From: Rhynchobatus australiae
Taxonomy: Eukaryota
Assembly (NCBI GenBank): GCA_034780895.1
Contig: JAUZTB010000063.1
Location: 15,686,504-15,750,503, forward strand
Reading direction: 5' to 3'
Length of the DNA stretch: 64,000 bases
Position numbers and translations under genes: made by a program. How positions within the stretch are numbered: the first letter of the stretch is position 1; every line of letters begins with the position of its first letter. The notes under the pieces were generated by a model. It had not been told where the DNA came from and made no database searches. It was given only the letters and a program-made list of their open reading frames with translations. Positions 48,300-61,769 of the stretch are shown piece after piece.

Positions 48300-48990
48300 C
48301 ATACTAGAAATCTGAAATAAAAATGAAGAAAATTTCTGGAAACACTGAGCATGTCAGGCATTATCTGTGGAAAGAGAAACAGTTGATGCTTCAGGTCAAA
48401 GACCTTTCATCAAAACTGGGAAGGAGAGAATACAGGTTGGTATCAAGCTGCAGAAAGGATGGGGGAGGGATGGATAGGGCAAAGAAAATATCTCTGAAAA
48501 GCAGACCAGGGTTGCCCTGGGGATAAGCTGTAAACAAGGTTATCTGATTGATGGATTAATGGAAGTGGTTAGGGAGGGAGAACATGGCTCTTTGTCCATA
48601 AAAACTGAAATGAGGGCAGTTAGAGAGAGTACATAGACAAAAGAATGTAATAATTGCAAAATGCACTTTTGCAGGACATGTCCAGCTGTTTGGGCTTTGG
48701 TAATAGAGAGAGAAAAACTGAGCCAGCATCGAAGATGGATAACCTGACCTGTTCCAGGCAGGAAGAGATGGCTGAAGTTGTAGAGTACTAAATTTAGTAC
48801 AGATGGATGCAACTTGCTTGGGCAGAAAATAACCTGATATTCCTCAAGCTTATTTTGGACCTCACTACAACAATGAAGGAAGACACATACAGATAAGTCA
48901 GAGTGGGATGGAGACTTAAAACAGGAAGCTTGGAGTTGTCCCTGTGGATCAATTGTGGGTGCTGTCCAAAGTGTTCACCCAATCTGGGGA
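48300..48990 (-). mobile_element. Penelope-like element remnant (GIY-YIG end plus terminal repeat)
   Basis: Minus strand reads RLGEHFGQHPQLIHRDNSKLPV (cf. RLGDRFAEHL...LPVA), with the hammerhead-like cagttttgatgaaaggtctttgacctgaagcatcaact at 48381-48418. Confidence 0.65.
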
Positions 48991-49809
48991 ATGGTGGATT
49001 TGAAATTGCCTGGTCTCACTCCACCAGTGGTTATTGAGAGAAACTGTTAGAGCCCAAACTGTTACCATAAACTTTTTGAACCTTTGGTGCTTTATAAACA
49101 GAGGAATTTTATTTAATAATTGAATAGTTATTAAATAAAATAATAACTATGTTATTATTATTTTATTTAATAACTATTTCATTTGTGTCNNNNNNNNNNN
49201 NNNNNNNNNNNNNNNNNNNNNNNNNNNNNNNNNNNNNNNNNNNNNNNNNNNNNNNNNNNNNNNNNNNNNNNNNNNNNNNNNNNNNNNNNNNNNNNNNNNN
49301 NNNNNNNNNNNNNNNNNNNNNNNNNNNNNNNNNNNNNNNNNNNNNNNNNNNNNNNNNNNNNNNNNNNNNNNNNNNNNNNNNNNNNNNNNNNNNNNNNNNN
49401 NNNNNNNNNNNNNNNNNNNNNNNNNNNNNNNNNNNNNNNNNNNNNNNNNNNNNNNNNNNNNNNNNNNNNNNNNNNNNNNNNNNNNNNNNNNNNNNNNNNN
49501 NNNNNNNNNNNNNNNNNNNNNNNNNNNNNNNNNNNNNNNNNNNNNNNNNNNNNNNNNNNNNNNNNNNNNNNNNNNNNNNNNNNNNNNNNNNNNNNNNNNN
49601 NNCCACTGCCACCCCAGTTCTGAGGAAGAGTCTCCTGTTGAAAACTAATTTCTCTTTCCACAGATGCTTGAATGGCTGATGTCTTTCAACATCTGTTTCC
49701 TTAAAGTCACTTTCCAAACATTAAATTTTATTTTCATAATTGAGCATCTAGAGATCTGAACTTTTAATCGTGGTTAAGAGCCCATCAACATCGCTTGGTA
49801 TACTCAGGT

Positions 49810-50410
49810 AATTTTTTTTTTGTAACTGCTTATGATTGAGGGAGTTTAACAAAGGTTCAATAGATAGATTTCTGGGGATGTCGGATTTATTGTATGAGGG
49901 TCTATGTTCTTTCGAGTTTGGAAAAATGTGAGGTGATCTCATTTAAACAAACAAATTTTCTAGGGGGCTTGATGGGGTAGATGTGGAGATAATTCCCCTA
50001 TTTGGAGAGTTTGGAACTAGATGTCACAGTCTCAATCGGAAAAGCAAAAAAAATACCTGCAGTTGCTGGAAATACTGGAAACACACAGCAGGTCAGGCAG
50101 CATCCATGGAAAGAGGAATAGGGACAACTTTCAGATTGAAAACCTATCATTAAAAATGGGTCAGCCATTCAGGACAGAAATGAGAACAACTTTTTTTCAT
50201 TCTGAGAATCTTTGGAATTTTCTTCCCACAAAGATGGCAAAGACATAGTTACTGAGTATATTTAAAATAGGGATTGACAGATATTTAGATCTTATGGAAG
50301 TCAAAGAGGTTAGTGCAGGAAAGTGTTACCGTTGGTCATTATGCTATCAAATGGCAGAGTAGGCATGAAGGACCAAATAGCTTACTACTTCAAATTCTTA
50401 TGTTCTCAGC
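49810..50410 (+). mobile_element. CR1-like 3' fragment with a nested Penelope-like repeat (~50040-50155)
   Basis: gagtttggaaaaatgtgaggtgatctcatt...gaatctttggaattttcttccc...ttcttatgttct; the insert reads ctgcagttgctggaaa...cagcaggtcaggcagcatccatgga. Confidence 0.65.
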
Positions 50411-51587
50411 TATATAAGGCTGTGGAGTAGCCTTTTATCATCCTTTGTACAGAAATGTTCTGTTCCTCAACTCTTTAAAATCTGGCTCTAATTTTTAGGT
50501 TTCTAGAACACTGCTTTGATGAAATTTGTCCATGGTTTTCATGACTTTGTGATGTCACAAAAAACTTGACTTAAGTCCAGTCACTGTTGTAATACAGGAA
50601 ACATGGCAGTCAATCTGCAGTTTGAATTGGATAGTGATCAAATGATCTGTTTTTAGTATTTTGATTGAAGGATATACTTTAGCCTGGAGCAGAGAAGAAT
50701 TCTCCTCCTCCTCCTCCTCTTTGAAATAAAGTTGTGGGAGATTTCATTCCATCTGAGAGGAAACACCTTGGTTTAACATCTCATCTGCGTTGGCATTCCA
50801 GCAGTGTAGCACTCTTTCACTGCCACATTGGGAATGTAAACCTAAATTGTATGCATCTAGTTTCTGTGTTATGGAACTTCCTGGATATTTAATGAAAGGG
50901 ACTCTGAGGTGAGTTTATGAAGTTCAAAAGCCTAGGACTGTTTAAAAATCTGGTGAATGCTCAGATAAATGTGATCTCATTTTTCTAGACCAAAGAGCTA
51001 ATAATGACAGCGAGGGACACCTTGCCAAGGTGCCTGGGTGAGCCAGTTGTTCTTGATCTCAATGGTTTCTACCCTTGTGGAACCTGGCATAAACAATGAT
51101 TCTTGTTAACAGTTTTCCAATTTAATCATTGGGAATGTTCATGGGAGTCATTGGCTTGACTGCAAATGCAGATTAAAACTGACTGTTACAGTCTTTACAA
51201 TGGAATTAAATGTTCAGGCCATGGGGCCTGTTGGTACAGGAACAAAAGGGTAACCAGCAGCCTTTGTGTGTGATAGGTAAAATGTGATGTACAAGTAGTT
51301 ATTCTGCCAATGCCTGGATAATCTTGGGCATTAATTGCTGTAAACATTGAATCCACACCAGTGCAACATTTGATATATCCCATGATACCTACCAGTACAA
51401 TGCACATTTATCTTGAGTTTCTTACTGTGAATGTTCAGCCATGCAAAAACAATCAATTCTTTATTATTGCTTCTTATCATATAATTGAGAACAAATGAAA
51501 TATATTGGATTAAGATGTCTTTGGGATTTCCTGAGAGAACTGTGCCCCTCAGGCTTATAACATTCCCTTTTGCCCCTCTATTCTCAG

Positions 51588-51788
51588 GTGTATGCTTGGG
51601 AGATTGCAGACCAGTTACTTCAGTTGCAGCAGGAGGTGGAGCTCTGCTACTTTGCAGCTCAGACAATGAAGATGAAAATTCAGACGTCATTTAATGAACT
51701 TCCCCCTGAAACACATGCATCGCTACGAGACTCGCTACTCACCCATATTCAGAACTTGAAGGATGTATCTCCTGTGATTGTTACACAG
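51588..51788 (+). CDS. TNPO3: Transportin-3 exon 2
   Basis: ctcag|GTG TAT GCT TGG...ACA CAG|gtcagt, 201 nt. Encodes [12 protein letters not shown]...[16 protein letters not shown]...SPVIVTQ. Confidence 0.97.
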
Positions 51789-52645
51789 GTCAGTTTTGGA
51801 TGAGAAGGATTGTGTACAATCCCTTCTATATCTCTGAATATTATTATGTAAATCATTTGTGGGAGTTACTCAACTAATGGCTCTCAGTATTTATTTATAA
51901 ATTGCTTTTTTGTTCTGCTTCATGGTGTAAACACCCTATCTGTTGCAAGATGACATGAAGTGTGAGTTTTCCCTGTGTGATGGTAAGTGCTACTCCCAGG
52001 TTATTCAATGCTAGACATTGGTTAACTAATCATTTCCCTGTCCAGAGTGGCAGTTTTGTAAAGGCCTAAAGTACATCATGGGAAACTTCACATGTATTGA
52101 AACAGGGCCTTGAACCAAAATTGCATTAAAATCCCCCTAAAGTGATTAAGCAATCAGACATAAGTGGAAATAGATTAAACTAGAACTTGGAAGAAGATGA
52201 TAGACAACAGTGAATATTATCATGCACTGGAGGAAATGTTTCTATGATCACTAATTATGAAATGTTTCAGATTTCCCCAATCTGCATTCTTCTTCCCCAG
52301 ATTTAGCAAAATGATAATAAACTCAATATTAAAGAACCGTTGAGCCTTCTTCGTTAAACTATGATTTTCTGTGTTGACCAAGAGAAGTATTAGCAGATCT
52401 CTAACCTTCTAGGGATGCATTCGACCCAGATAAATCTGTTCACTGCTGGCTAAATTTATGTGCACTGTTATCCAGTCTGAGATTGAAAAATTACTGCCTA
52501 CTGAATTATGGAATAAAAATTGTCAGTTGAGCAAGAATAGTGACAAGGATGGTTCAACCTTGGTTGCTCCTGAGAGTTTTGCTTTGTAGAATGGATAAGA
52601 TGTTATGCTGGGTTTCAAGTCCTGAAGTAGTTTTTCTCTCTTCAG

Positions 52646-52719
52646 CTGGCTCTGGCGATTGCAGATCTTGCCCTGCAGATGGCTTCATGGAAAGGATGTG
52701 TGCACATGCTAACTGAAAA
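52646..52719 (+). CDS. TNPO3: Transportin-3 exon 3
   Basis: ttcag|CTG GCT...GAA AA|gtaagt, 74 nt. Encodes [25 protein letters not shown]. Confidence 0.96.
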
Positions 52720-53234
52720 GTAAGTGACTGGGGGGTTTGGTGCAATTTAATGAGAAAGCAGAAGGAGCTACTTCCTGATCATGGTTCGGCAAAGATAACC
52801 AAGGATGATCCTTACCTCCAATTGCTTCCCCTTTCCATGCGTCATTAGGTAGGTATGCAGCAACCTGTTCATCCATCCCATCTGTCAAATTAAAAGGCCT
52901 TCATCTGTTGTGGGGAAAAAAAGAGAGATTTTATGTTGCGGGTGCTTACCAAAGTGTGAAGCAAAATTTGTGATTTTTGCGAAAGTGTACTAATAACTGG
53001 AAAGCCTACACTGTACAAAGATCTCCCTGACACAAGCTGCACGGATTTTATTTCAATTGCGCTTGTAAAATACGAATTTAAATCCTTTTATGTAGGTCTT
53101 GAAATGTACAGGTGGAAACAAACGAGGCAATTTGAGGGAGGTGTGGTGACATATGATTGTCTTAAGGCAATTGGTTGGTTCTGATTGCTTTTAATCTAAG
53201 ATGTGGCTTTGATTCATCATCCCTTTAATTTCAG

Positions 53235-53391
53235 GTATGGCAGTGACCCCTCATCCCTGTCCTTCTTGTTAGAAATCTTGACTGTGCTCCCAGAGGAAGT
53301 TCACAGTCGTTCCCTTCGAATAGGAGCCAATCGCCGCACTGAAATAATTGAGGACCTGGCATACTCCTCAAGCACAGTGGTATCCATGCTG
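53235..53391 (+). CDS. TNPO3: Transportin-3 exon 4
   Basis: tttcag|G TAT...ATG CTG|gtatgt, 157 nt. Encodes [33 protein letters not shown]. Confidence 0.97.
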
Positions 53392-54749
53392 GTATGTATG
53401 TAATGTTAATACCTGGAGGGTAACAAATCTTAGAGTTCTGATTTCTAATTAAGAAGATAACTTCATTTTATGCCTCCATAGAAGTTTTATTTCTTTCTGT
53501 TTCTTGCTGTCAGGCAAAATCTTCCATAAAATAGCATCCCTCCTTTTCATGCCTTTGGCATCAAGGTGCTTCCTGTTTGAATTTATTCAACTTAGTGTAA
53601 ATTGTAAATTATGACTTCTTCTTAGCTTTAGCTTTAGACAATTTTACAGCATCATAAAGTATGCTGTGGATCCCCTCTTGGTCTTCTGAGGCTGGTATGC
53701 AGTGTCTGTCCATCTATATTTCCTCTCTTTCCCTGAGGATTTTCCATTTAGAAATATTTTGTTGGTTTTGTCAAAAACCAAGTTTCCTTTAAGGTTTCAT
53801 TGTATGTACTAGTTCCTCTGGTTCCCTGAAATTTATTTCAAATATTTTGTATTTTTGCACATACGCATTGCAACTCTGACCTCAAATTCATGGTACCCAG
53901 ATACCTATTTTCCTTCTGATTTCTCTCCTTTGTAACCTTGCTGTTATGTGCTCTATGGGCCACCCTCAGATGAACTGCTTTGTCTTTCAAAATCCTCATA
54001 CTTTTATCCATCAATCAGATCACGCTGTCTGACAGTTATCTCATTGCTTTGTGGGATTGCTTGGTGTACATTTAATTAATAATCATTCATTACGTTATCT
54101 AGTAATTATTCTTCAAATCTTAGGTTGTCCTGAAATTTGGAAACGTACTAAGTAAAAGCAAGTACCCTCTTGTGCATTCTTTTGGGGATTTTCTCCCTGC
54201 TCAGCTGAGGTATAAATGTATCACCTTTGTTTCTAACTCTAGTATTTATCACGTACGGCAAAGTGATTTGCAGGGATGCCCGTGTTCTCTGTATGTTGGT
54301 TATGGCTGTGTCCACAAGCATATTTGGGGAGACTGTGACCTTATGAGGTGAATTGCATCCCCAAAGGAAGAAGTAAAATTCTCCATTTTTTGCAATTACC
54401 TGGTGACCCAATCCTCATCTTTTGTTGGAATGCACATAAGAGGAAACAGCTCTGAAATCAGATTTTATAGCAACATAAGTGAAGCTGGGAAACACAGGAG
54501 ACAGATTTCTGTTAATACCGATGGGCATTTCATTTTAAATCAATGTTGCTGAATGTCAAATAACAGATTGCTGTTTTCCTTCCCTTTGGATTTATAACCT
54601 CCACTATCAAATTTAAAGCTACTGGGTTCCATTGTCTTATCCTTGTTGCTGAGGGTTGATGCCATTCACATGTTTTACATTGAATCCCTGGGATTTTAAC
54701 GTTTGCAATTAACCTCTTGAATATAGAAGAATAAGGGAACAGAAAATAC

Positions 54750-55220
54750 TGAATGTAAGAACATAGAAGCTGGAGTAGGCCATTCAGACCCTTGTGCCCA
54801 CCATTCAAAAAGATCATGGTGGATCTTATACCTCGGTGATGCTTTCCTGTACTGATTCCTTATTACCTAACTTTAAAATCCAAAAGCCTAATGATCACTG
54901 TTTGAATATACTTAACAATTGAACCTCCACAACCTTCTTAGGTAGATAATTTCAAACAACCACTACCCTCTAGGTGAAGAAATTTTTTCTTAATTCGGTG
55001 AATGGCTGACTCTTTGAAATCCTAATCCTTGGTTCTAATTGCCTGCATGGGAAAATATCATCCCTCTATGTATTATCTTACCATAAGAACTTTATATGTT
55101 TTAAGGAGATCACTCTTCACTTCTCTCTCAAGTTTAGAGCATGGGCGTCCCTGTCATCTTTATCTCTCCTTCTACTTGTATTTCCCCATCCCAAGAATCA
55201 ATCTGGTGAACTTTGACAGG
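54750..55220 (-). mobile_element. CR1-like LINE 3' fragment
   Basis: The tail reads taagaacatagaagctggagtaggccattcag on + and the body resembles 40460-41100. Confidence 0.7.
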
Positions 55221-55702
55221 GTGAGGAAATAAAAAGCTGCATCCTTTTGTCAAACTTCCTTTCACAGGAAATTTTTGGGGTAAATCATATATATGCATTG
55301 AAGGAGAAGATTACTAAGCACAAGCCAGATTGAGTACAAAAGAGCAGGGAGAAGAGGGTTAAGTTAAAAATTATATGAGGAAGAATCAGGAGGCTCTTAA
55401 GAAGTCTAAATTTAAGCATGACTTGATAACCTGTTTGAGACTGTCTTTATTTAAGTTGCTCTTTGTAATCTTGATTCTATGTTTTGAAGTTCATCTGTGC
55501 ATGTAAATTTTGCATGAGGTTAAGTTGATCTACCCCTAGTGAATGTGCAGGTTGCCCATATGAAATGTCAAGATGTGTATGTGAATTACAACCACTTTGA
55601 GGTGCCAGTTGCAGACCCGTGCATGGATTCACAGCTTTTGTAAATCAGGAATATTTTTTGCTTTGCCATGAAGATCCATAATGGCCATCTCTTTTTCCCC
55701 AG

Positions 55703-55846
55703 ACAGCCTGTACAGAGAGTTGCGGCAACGAGGAGAAGACTCTAATGAAAGTGTTCCGATGCTTGGGCAGCTGGTTTAACCTGGGTGTTTTGGATAGCAA
55801 CTTCATGGCAAATAACCGACTACTGTTAATCCTTTTTCAGGTTTTG
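55703..55846 (+). CDS. TNPO3: Transportin-3 exon 5
   Basis: ccccag|ACA GCC TGT...GTT TTG|gtgagt, 144 nt. Encodes [25 protein letters not shown]. Confidence 0.97.
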
Positions 55847-56543
55847 GTGAGTCCTTCAGGGCAAACTGCGTGGTTGATATTGTTACTTCAAGTGACCTTA
55901 AATTTCCCTAAGTTGTGAAGGTTCGCTAATAGCTGCTTGTGGTTTCTGTTGTAGGTCATGGCCTAGTTAAGAAACACACACTGGTATGTAGTTGTTTAGA
56001 TATCATGATGACTGATTGATGGCATTTTACTGGAACAACCTGATCACTGGAATCAAAACCCAGTGAGACACCAGGTGCCAATTATTCAGTTGACAGAGGA
56101 TCCTCCTTATTCTAATGCCTCTGTGATAGTTGTGTTGGAAATAAAAAATATTTGTGACATCACTCTACCTCCTAGAGTTAATGACTTTTTTTTGCTGCTC
56201 CTCCTTTATATCTCTGTTGGTTGGTTGAGGGCATAAATGGTAGTGCAAGTGTTGCTTTTCAGCCATGTAACATAAGTATGACCATCTGTAGTAGGTTATT
56301 AAGGTAGATTATTGGCATACATGGTTTGTTCAATTTGTGAATTGCCTTTGTTCCTCTCCTACCAACGCAGATTTTGTCTCTTTGACTTGTGCCATGGAGC
56401 TGGAGAGGACACCTAAAAGCAAGAGTTCTCCCGCCAGCATCCCCTTTAGCATTTTTCAGTGAGGGTCCTTGTTTGTTGACTGGGGTGGGATCCCTGGTTG
56501 TTCTCCCATACAAGCTGATGAATATTTGTCTTTTTTCTTCCAG

Positions 56544-56719
56544 CAACGTGATGATACATCAACAAACCTGCATGAAGCTGCATCAGACTGCATCTGTTCA
56601 GCACTCTATGCCATTGAGAATGTAGAGACAACCCTACCTTTGGCTTTGCATCTATTTCAGGGTGTCCTGACTCTAGAATCTGCATATCATATGGCTGTGG
56701 CACGTGAGGATCTTGATAA
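56544..56719 (+). CDS. TNPO3: Transportin-3 exon 6
   Basis: ttccag|CAA CGT...GAT AA|gtaaga, 176 nt. Encodes [22 protein letters not shown]...[13 protein letters not shown]. Confidence 0.97.
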
Positions 56720-57834
56720 GTAAGAATTTTATTAACTTGACCATCTATAGATAATGGCATAATCTGATGTTAATGCCAGAGCTCCCCATGTCCATTGGAC
56801 ACTGGTGATTCTGATATAAACTAGAGTGGGTTTATGGTGGGCATTGTTGTACTGATGGCATAGTTGTTGAGTAACTGGGCTGGTCACTCATCGAATGTTA
56901 AATCATGAGTTCAAATCCAATCACGAAAGCAGGGGGAATTTAAATTGTTATTTAAATCTGCAGATTTAAAAATGCATCTGGTTCATTAATGTACTTTAGG
57001 GAAGGAAATGTGCCATCATCATCTGAAATGGTGTGAATGTTGGGCTTGAATTTTTTTAGGTTTTTATTTTTGGTTCATTTCAGTGTGTTTCATTTGGCAA
57101 AATTGTATCCTTTTCATTAGTGAAAAATATCTTCCAGCAACTACATCAACTTTTAGTTGCTGTAATGAATTAAAACTATTTCAGCTTACAATATCTGCAC
57201 ATTCAAAGTCATCTATTGTCACCCATGTTTTTACTAATTTGGGTATTTTCCCCTGGGATACCCAATAATATTTGTGCACCAAAAATTTTAATTGTTCGGT
57301 GGTCTATGCATGTTGAAAGTCATGTTCTTCAAGAAAAGTTCATAGTTCACATTTAAACATTGGTAACATTTTCTATATTTTTACATAAAGATAAAATATA
57401 CATTTTAATGTGAGTCTTTAGGGGTGCTTTTTTATTTATTTTAGTAAAAGCTGAAAGATCCCATATCTAACTTTGTCACATCAGACATGGCAATGTAGTT
57501 AACTTTTAAATGCCTCCTGGAATAGCTGAGTCCATTGCTCAGAAGGCAGCTTACTTCTCAATGGCAATTTGGGATATTTGCCCTCAAAACCTTGTAAAAA
57601 GGTTACAGAACTTCACAAAGTAGTCTACCCGTGGCTTAACTATTGTTTTCTTCAATTTTCCTGCTCTTTTATGCCAGTATAAATTAATCTGATTTAAGTG
57701 ATGCGAGTGCTCTGTAGACCACAATATATTTTTCATTTGCACTGTCCCGATTTAATTTTTTTAAGAGGCATTTGAATGGGATTAATTTTACTCTGCAATT
57801 CATACTTATCTCCAGCCATTCTTCTATTATGCAG

Positions 57835-57973
57835 AGTTTTGAATTATTGTCGGATTTTTACTGAGTTATCTGAGACATTTCTGGAGGTGATTGTACAGAC
57901 CCCGGGACAAGGGCTTGGAGACCTGCGGACGTTGGAACTATTACTGATTTGTGCAGGACATGCACAATATGAG
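57835..57973 (+). CDS. TNPO3: Transportin-3 exon 7
   Basis: tgcag|A GTT TTG...TAT GAG|gtaggg, 139 nt. Encodes [11 protein letters not shown]...[20 protein letters not shown]. Confidence 0.97.
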
Positions 57974-59228
57974 GTAGGGGTTGCAGTGTGGTGGTAGACA
58001 TGGGCAAAGATTTAACTGCTTCCTTCTTGATCAGTTACATTACAACTTTTCCTCATACTGGTCTGAAAGTGGGGAGTTGAAACAGTTGAGGACTTGTTCA
58101 TTTGGTAGAAGCTGCCCTTTCTACCCCAGCCAAGGGGAGTTATTGCATGTATGTGCCTGATAGTGAAGTATTGAGTGTTTGAGCCCTAATTACAGCCTGA
58201 TCTTGCCCAGCCCCCAGCAGATTATGGAGTAGGAGACCTTGTGAGTTTATCTAAATTCCTCATAAGTTTAGCTGAATTTTTGTGTACTCCTTCCCATCCT
58301 GGCTGAAATCAACTAACTTGCCTTTTAACTAGGGCTGGCAGATTGAGTTCCACAATTTGGAATGCAAAATAAATGCTCTCAGCCATTGAACTATGAGCAT
58401 ATTGCAATTGGAGAGGTGGTGAGGTGGGGGGGGGGGGCAGGTTATTGTGATGGTATGTTCAGAATCTTGTTACTATATTTAACAGATTGTTGGAATATTG
58501 ACATGCATATGACCTTTACTGGATCAATTATTGTTACCATACCAAGTAATGGTGGCCCCACTCTGAGTCTACTAGAACTGTGGAAGAAGGCAGCAATGCA
58601 ATTACAGGGTGTGGTCTGCAACACTTCAGTTGTTTTTGGAGAGAGCTGTTGCACTGCTAAAAGGGAAAAGTTTATATTGATATTGCAACCTTCATGAGCA
58701 TAGAATATTCCAAATTACAGAGAGAGTACTTTTTGAAAGTGCAGTTATTGTTCTGTCAGATTCTGCAGCCACTATTTTGAGCACAGTGGACCTTCACCAA
58801 TAGTGTAGGTCTTGACTCAATATCTGTTGCTTATTGTGGTTGAGATATTCACTCAGCTTTCCAATGAATCTTACAGATGGTTTGTTTGCACTGAATTAAA
58901 CAATGAACTAAATCCATGGGTCAGATTTGCGACAAAAACACTTCTGTGTTTTTGTTTCAGATTTCATTTGTCTCTGGTTTTTGATTTTTCACTCAGCCTC
59001 CAATTTACGTCTTGTCTCTGACTCACTTCTGATTCTTTCAATGCTGATGAAGGTTGTAAAAACAAGCTTTGGAGTAGAAGGTGGTTACAAATTTTTCACT
59101 GGCAGCGTGAATGAATATCCACTTCTTAACTATTTTTTCCCGTGTTGTCAAAATTGGATTATTGGAGGTATTGTACTGAAGTGGTCAATGTCCTATTTCT
59201 GTGATTGCTGACTTCGCTCTTCACCTAG

Positions 59229-59375
59229 GTAGCAGAAATCAGCTTTAACTTCTGGTACAGATTGGGAGAGTATCTCTACAAAATGAGTGATCCATCACGC
59301 CATGCTGTCTTTCGACCTTACATCCAGCGACTGCTTCATGCCTTGGCCCGGCACTGCCAGCTAGAACCAGATCAC
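59229..59375 (+). CDS. TNPO3: Transportin-3 exon 8
   Basis: cctag|GTA GCA GAA...GAT CAC|gtaagc, 147 nt. Encodes [16 protein letters not shown]...[22 protein letters not shown]. Confidence 0.97.
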
Positions 59376-60323
59376 GTAAGCTTTTGAGGAATTCACATGT
59401 GAAATATTTTTTAACCTGAGTAGCTAGCTGAAATGAGGTATTTTTGGAATCTGGGTGATGATTCATCAGAGTGACCAGGAGGAAATAATTGACATAGTTT
59501 TGTGCATAATCTAAGAAGCCATAGCATTTTTGTGGCTTTAAAAAGAACTAAAACATCTACTGTGTTTCCAGTTAAATCTTCAGTTCCATGCCCCTTTCAA
59601 GTCCTTCCCAAATTGCTATTTCCATCCATGTGAATCTAGACACAGTAGTTAGGGGATTTTCAACAGTGGTGATGTAACTGCAAAGTCAGTCCCGTTCTTG
59701 AACTTGTTGTTTCCAACTGGTCTGATCAGGGTAGTAGTGATTGACATTTTTATATTTATCCCTTTTCTGAATTGTTGCGATCAGTTGTAGCATTCCTGTT
59801 GACTCAGTTGTTTATGAGGTCAAATCTGGGCTGCCTCCCATTCTCAATTCTGTTATGTTCCCTCCAGACTCATGAGTGCCTGGATGTGATATACATGCTG
59901 CCATCTAGCATTGAAGTCAAATGGCAGCATTTTTAAATTTCTAAAGAGCTGAGTCAATTTGACTGAGCTCAAGGACTTGTAATTTTATTTTAAGAATGCT
60001 GACATGCATGAACCTGAGACATACAGCCAGGTAGCTGAACTCTAAAGTCCACGATGAGCCATAGGAGATTAAATGGGCAGGGATAGTCTACGATAATACA
60101 GATTTTTGGAAGTGTATGAAAACTGCCATTTGATCCTTCTTCAACTCCTGCCAAAACTTTGTATCCGTTCTAATGGTTCATTATCCAGCAAAAATGAGAT
60201 TTCTTCCGATCTGTAGCACTAATAAAAGCTTGTCGGTTTTGTTGTTCTCTCCTCCAGCCCTCTGACCATTGGCCAAGTTATATGGCTTGTTTATTTCTAT
60301 CTCCCTTGTTTTTTCATCTGCAG

Positions 60324-60431
60324 GAAGGAATTCCAGAAGACTCGGATGACTTTGGAGAATTCAGGATGAGGGTGTCAGATCTTGTGAAGGATGTGATATT
60401 CCTGGTTGGGTCAATGGAGTGCTTCACACAG
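60324..60431 (+). CDS. TNPO3: Transportin-3 exon 9
   Basis: ctgcag|GAA GGA...ACA CAG|gtgatt, 108 nt. Encodes [36 protein letters not shown]. Confidence 0.97.
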
Positions 60432-61677
60432 GTGATTAAACTTTATTCCCTAGGTTCATGTGGAGTTAAACCGAGTCGTAATTCAAGGGGAATATTGTGT
60501 GTATGCAGGAATTTAGATCCTGAAAGTGGTACTTTAGGATTAACTTCTAAAGGTATGATGGTGATGCAGCAGTTGTTACCAGACTAATAACCCAGAAGTT
60601 TGAACCAACAACCCATACATGAGTTCAAATCCTACCCTAGTCATTTGTAACAGTGAACACAAAAACTACTGGATTGTTATGGGGTGGGGGGGAGAAATCA
60701 CAAGTTCACCTGTGAACCTAATAGGATGACATTGTCTATGTTCAACTGCTCTGTCTTGTGTGTGACTTTGTATTTGGCTCTTACGTGCCCTCTGAGTTGG
60801 CCTTGCAAGTCACTCCATTGCTAGATCTATTCTGAGTCCATCCTTTTTAACATGATTTAGTGCTACATAATAAAATGGAAAGTGTCTTCTCTTTGTCCTG
60901 GATTTTAATTTGGTGTTTGGTGTCGACAATAATTGCACTTGTACACAGGCTGGGCAAGGCAATTAAATGGGTGTCTAGATTACACATTAAAGTAATAGCA
61001 CTTGCCATTATCTAGCATGTTGAATGCAGAGAACTCTCCTGGGATCCTTCAAAAGAGTGTGATTAGACAAAAATTGGCACCAAGCTAAAGAAAGAAACCT
61101 TAAGGCATGTGAAATGTAGATTTAAGGAATATTTTCAACATCAACAATAAAAGTCTGCATTTGAAGCACCATATGTGCAGTAGAACATTTTGAGACATTT
61201 AACAGGAATATAAACAACAAAATTTGATGTCTAATCACAGAAGGTGGATTAAGGCAGATGACCAAAAGGTTGGCTAAAGAGATAAATTGTAAGGAATATG
61301 TTAATGGACAAAAGAAATTTGGTAACTTAAGAAGGAAGTCCAGAGCTTAGACTTTTTGGGTGAATGCATTGCTGACTTTACTAGAGTGGTTATAACCTAG
61401 GGATGCTCAAGAAACTAGAACTGAGCAATTGATATCTCAAAGTGCTGTAAAGCTGATGCTAATTGTAGGATAGGTGAAATCATATAGGCCTTCAATGCCC
61501 TTGTGACCAAGATGCCCTTTACTAGTTAAAATTCGTAAAATAGAGTTATGAAACAAATCCTCCATCATCTAATGGTGGAACTCTTTTGTGGGGTTATATA
61601 TAGATAGTTTATGATTTTATATTACTAGTACTTTGTGTAATGTTTAATGTCATATAATGCCTCATTTATCTTCTAAG

Positions 61678-61769
61678 CTCTATTCTACATTGAAAGACAG
61701 TGGACCTTCTTGGGAGATCACAGAAGCTGTTCTCTTTATCATGGCTTCCATAGCAAAGAGTGTGGATCC
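61678..61769 (+). CDS. TNPO3: Transportin-3 exon 10
   Basis: ttctaag|CTC TAT...GAT CC|gtaagt, 92 nt. Encodes [31 protein letters not shown]. Confidence 0.95.
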
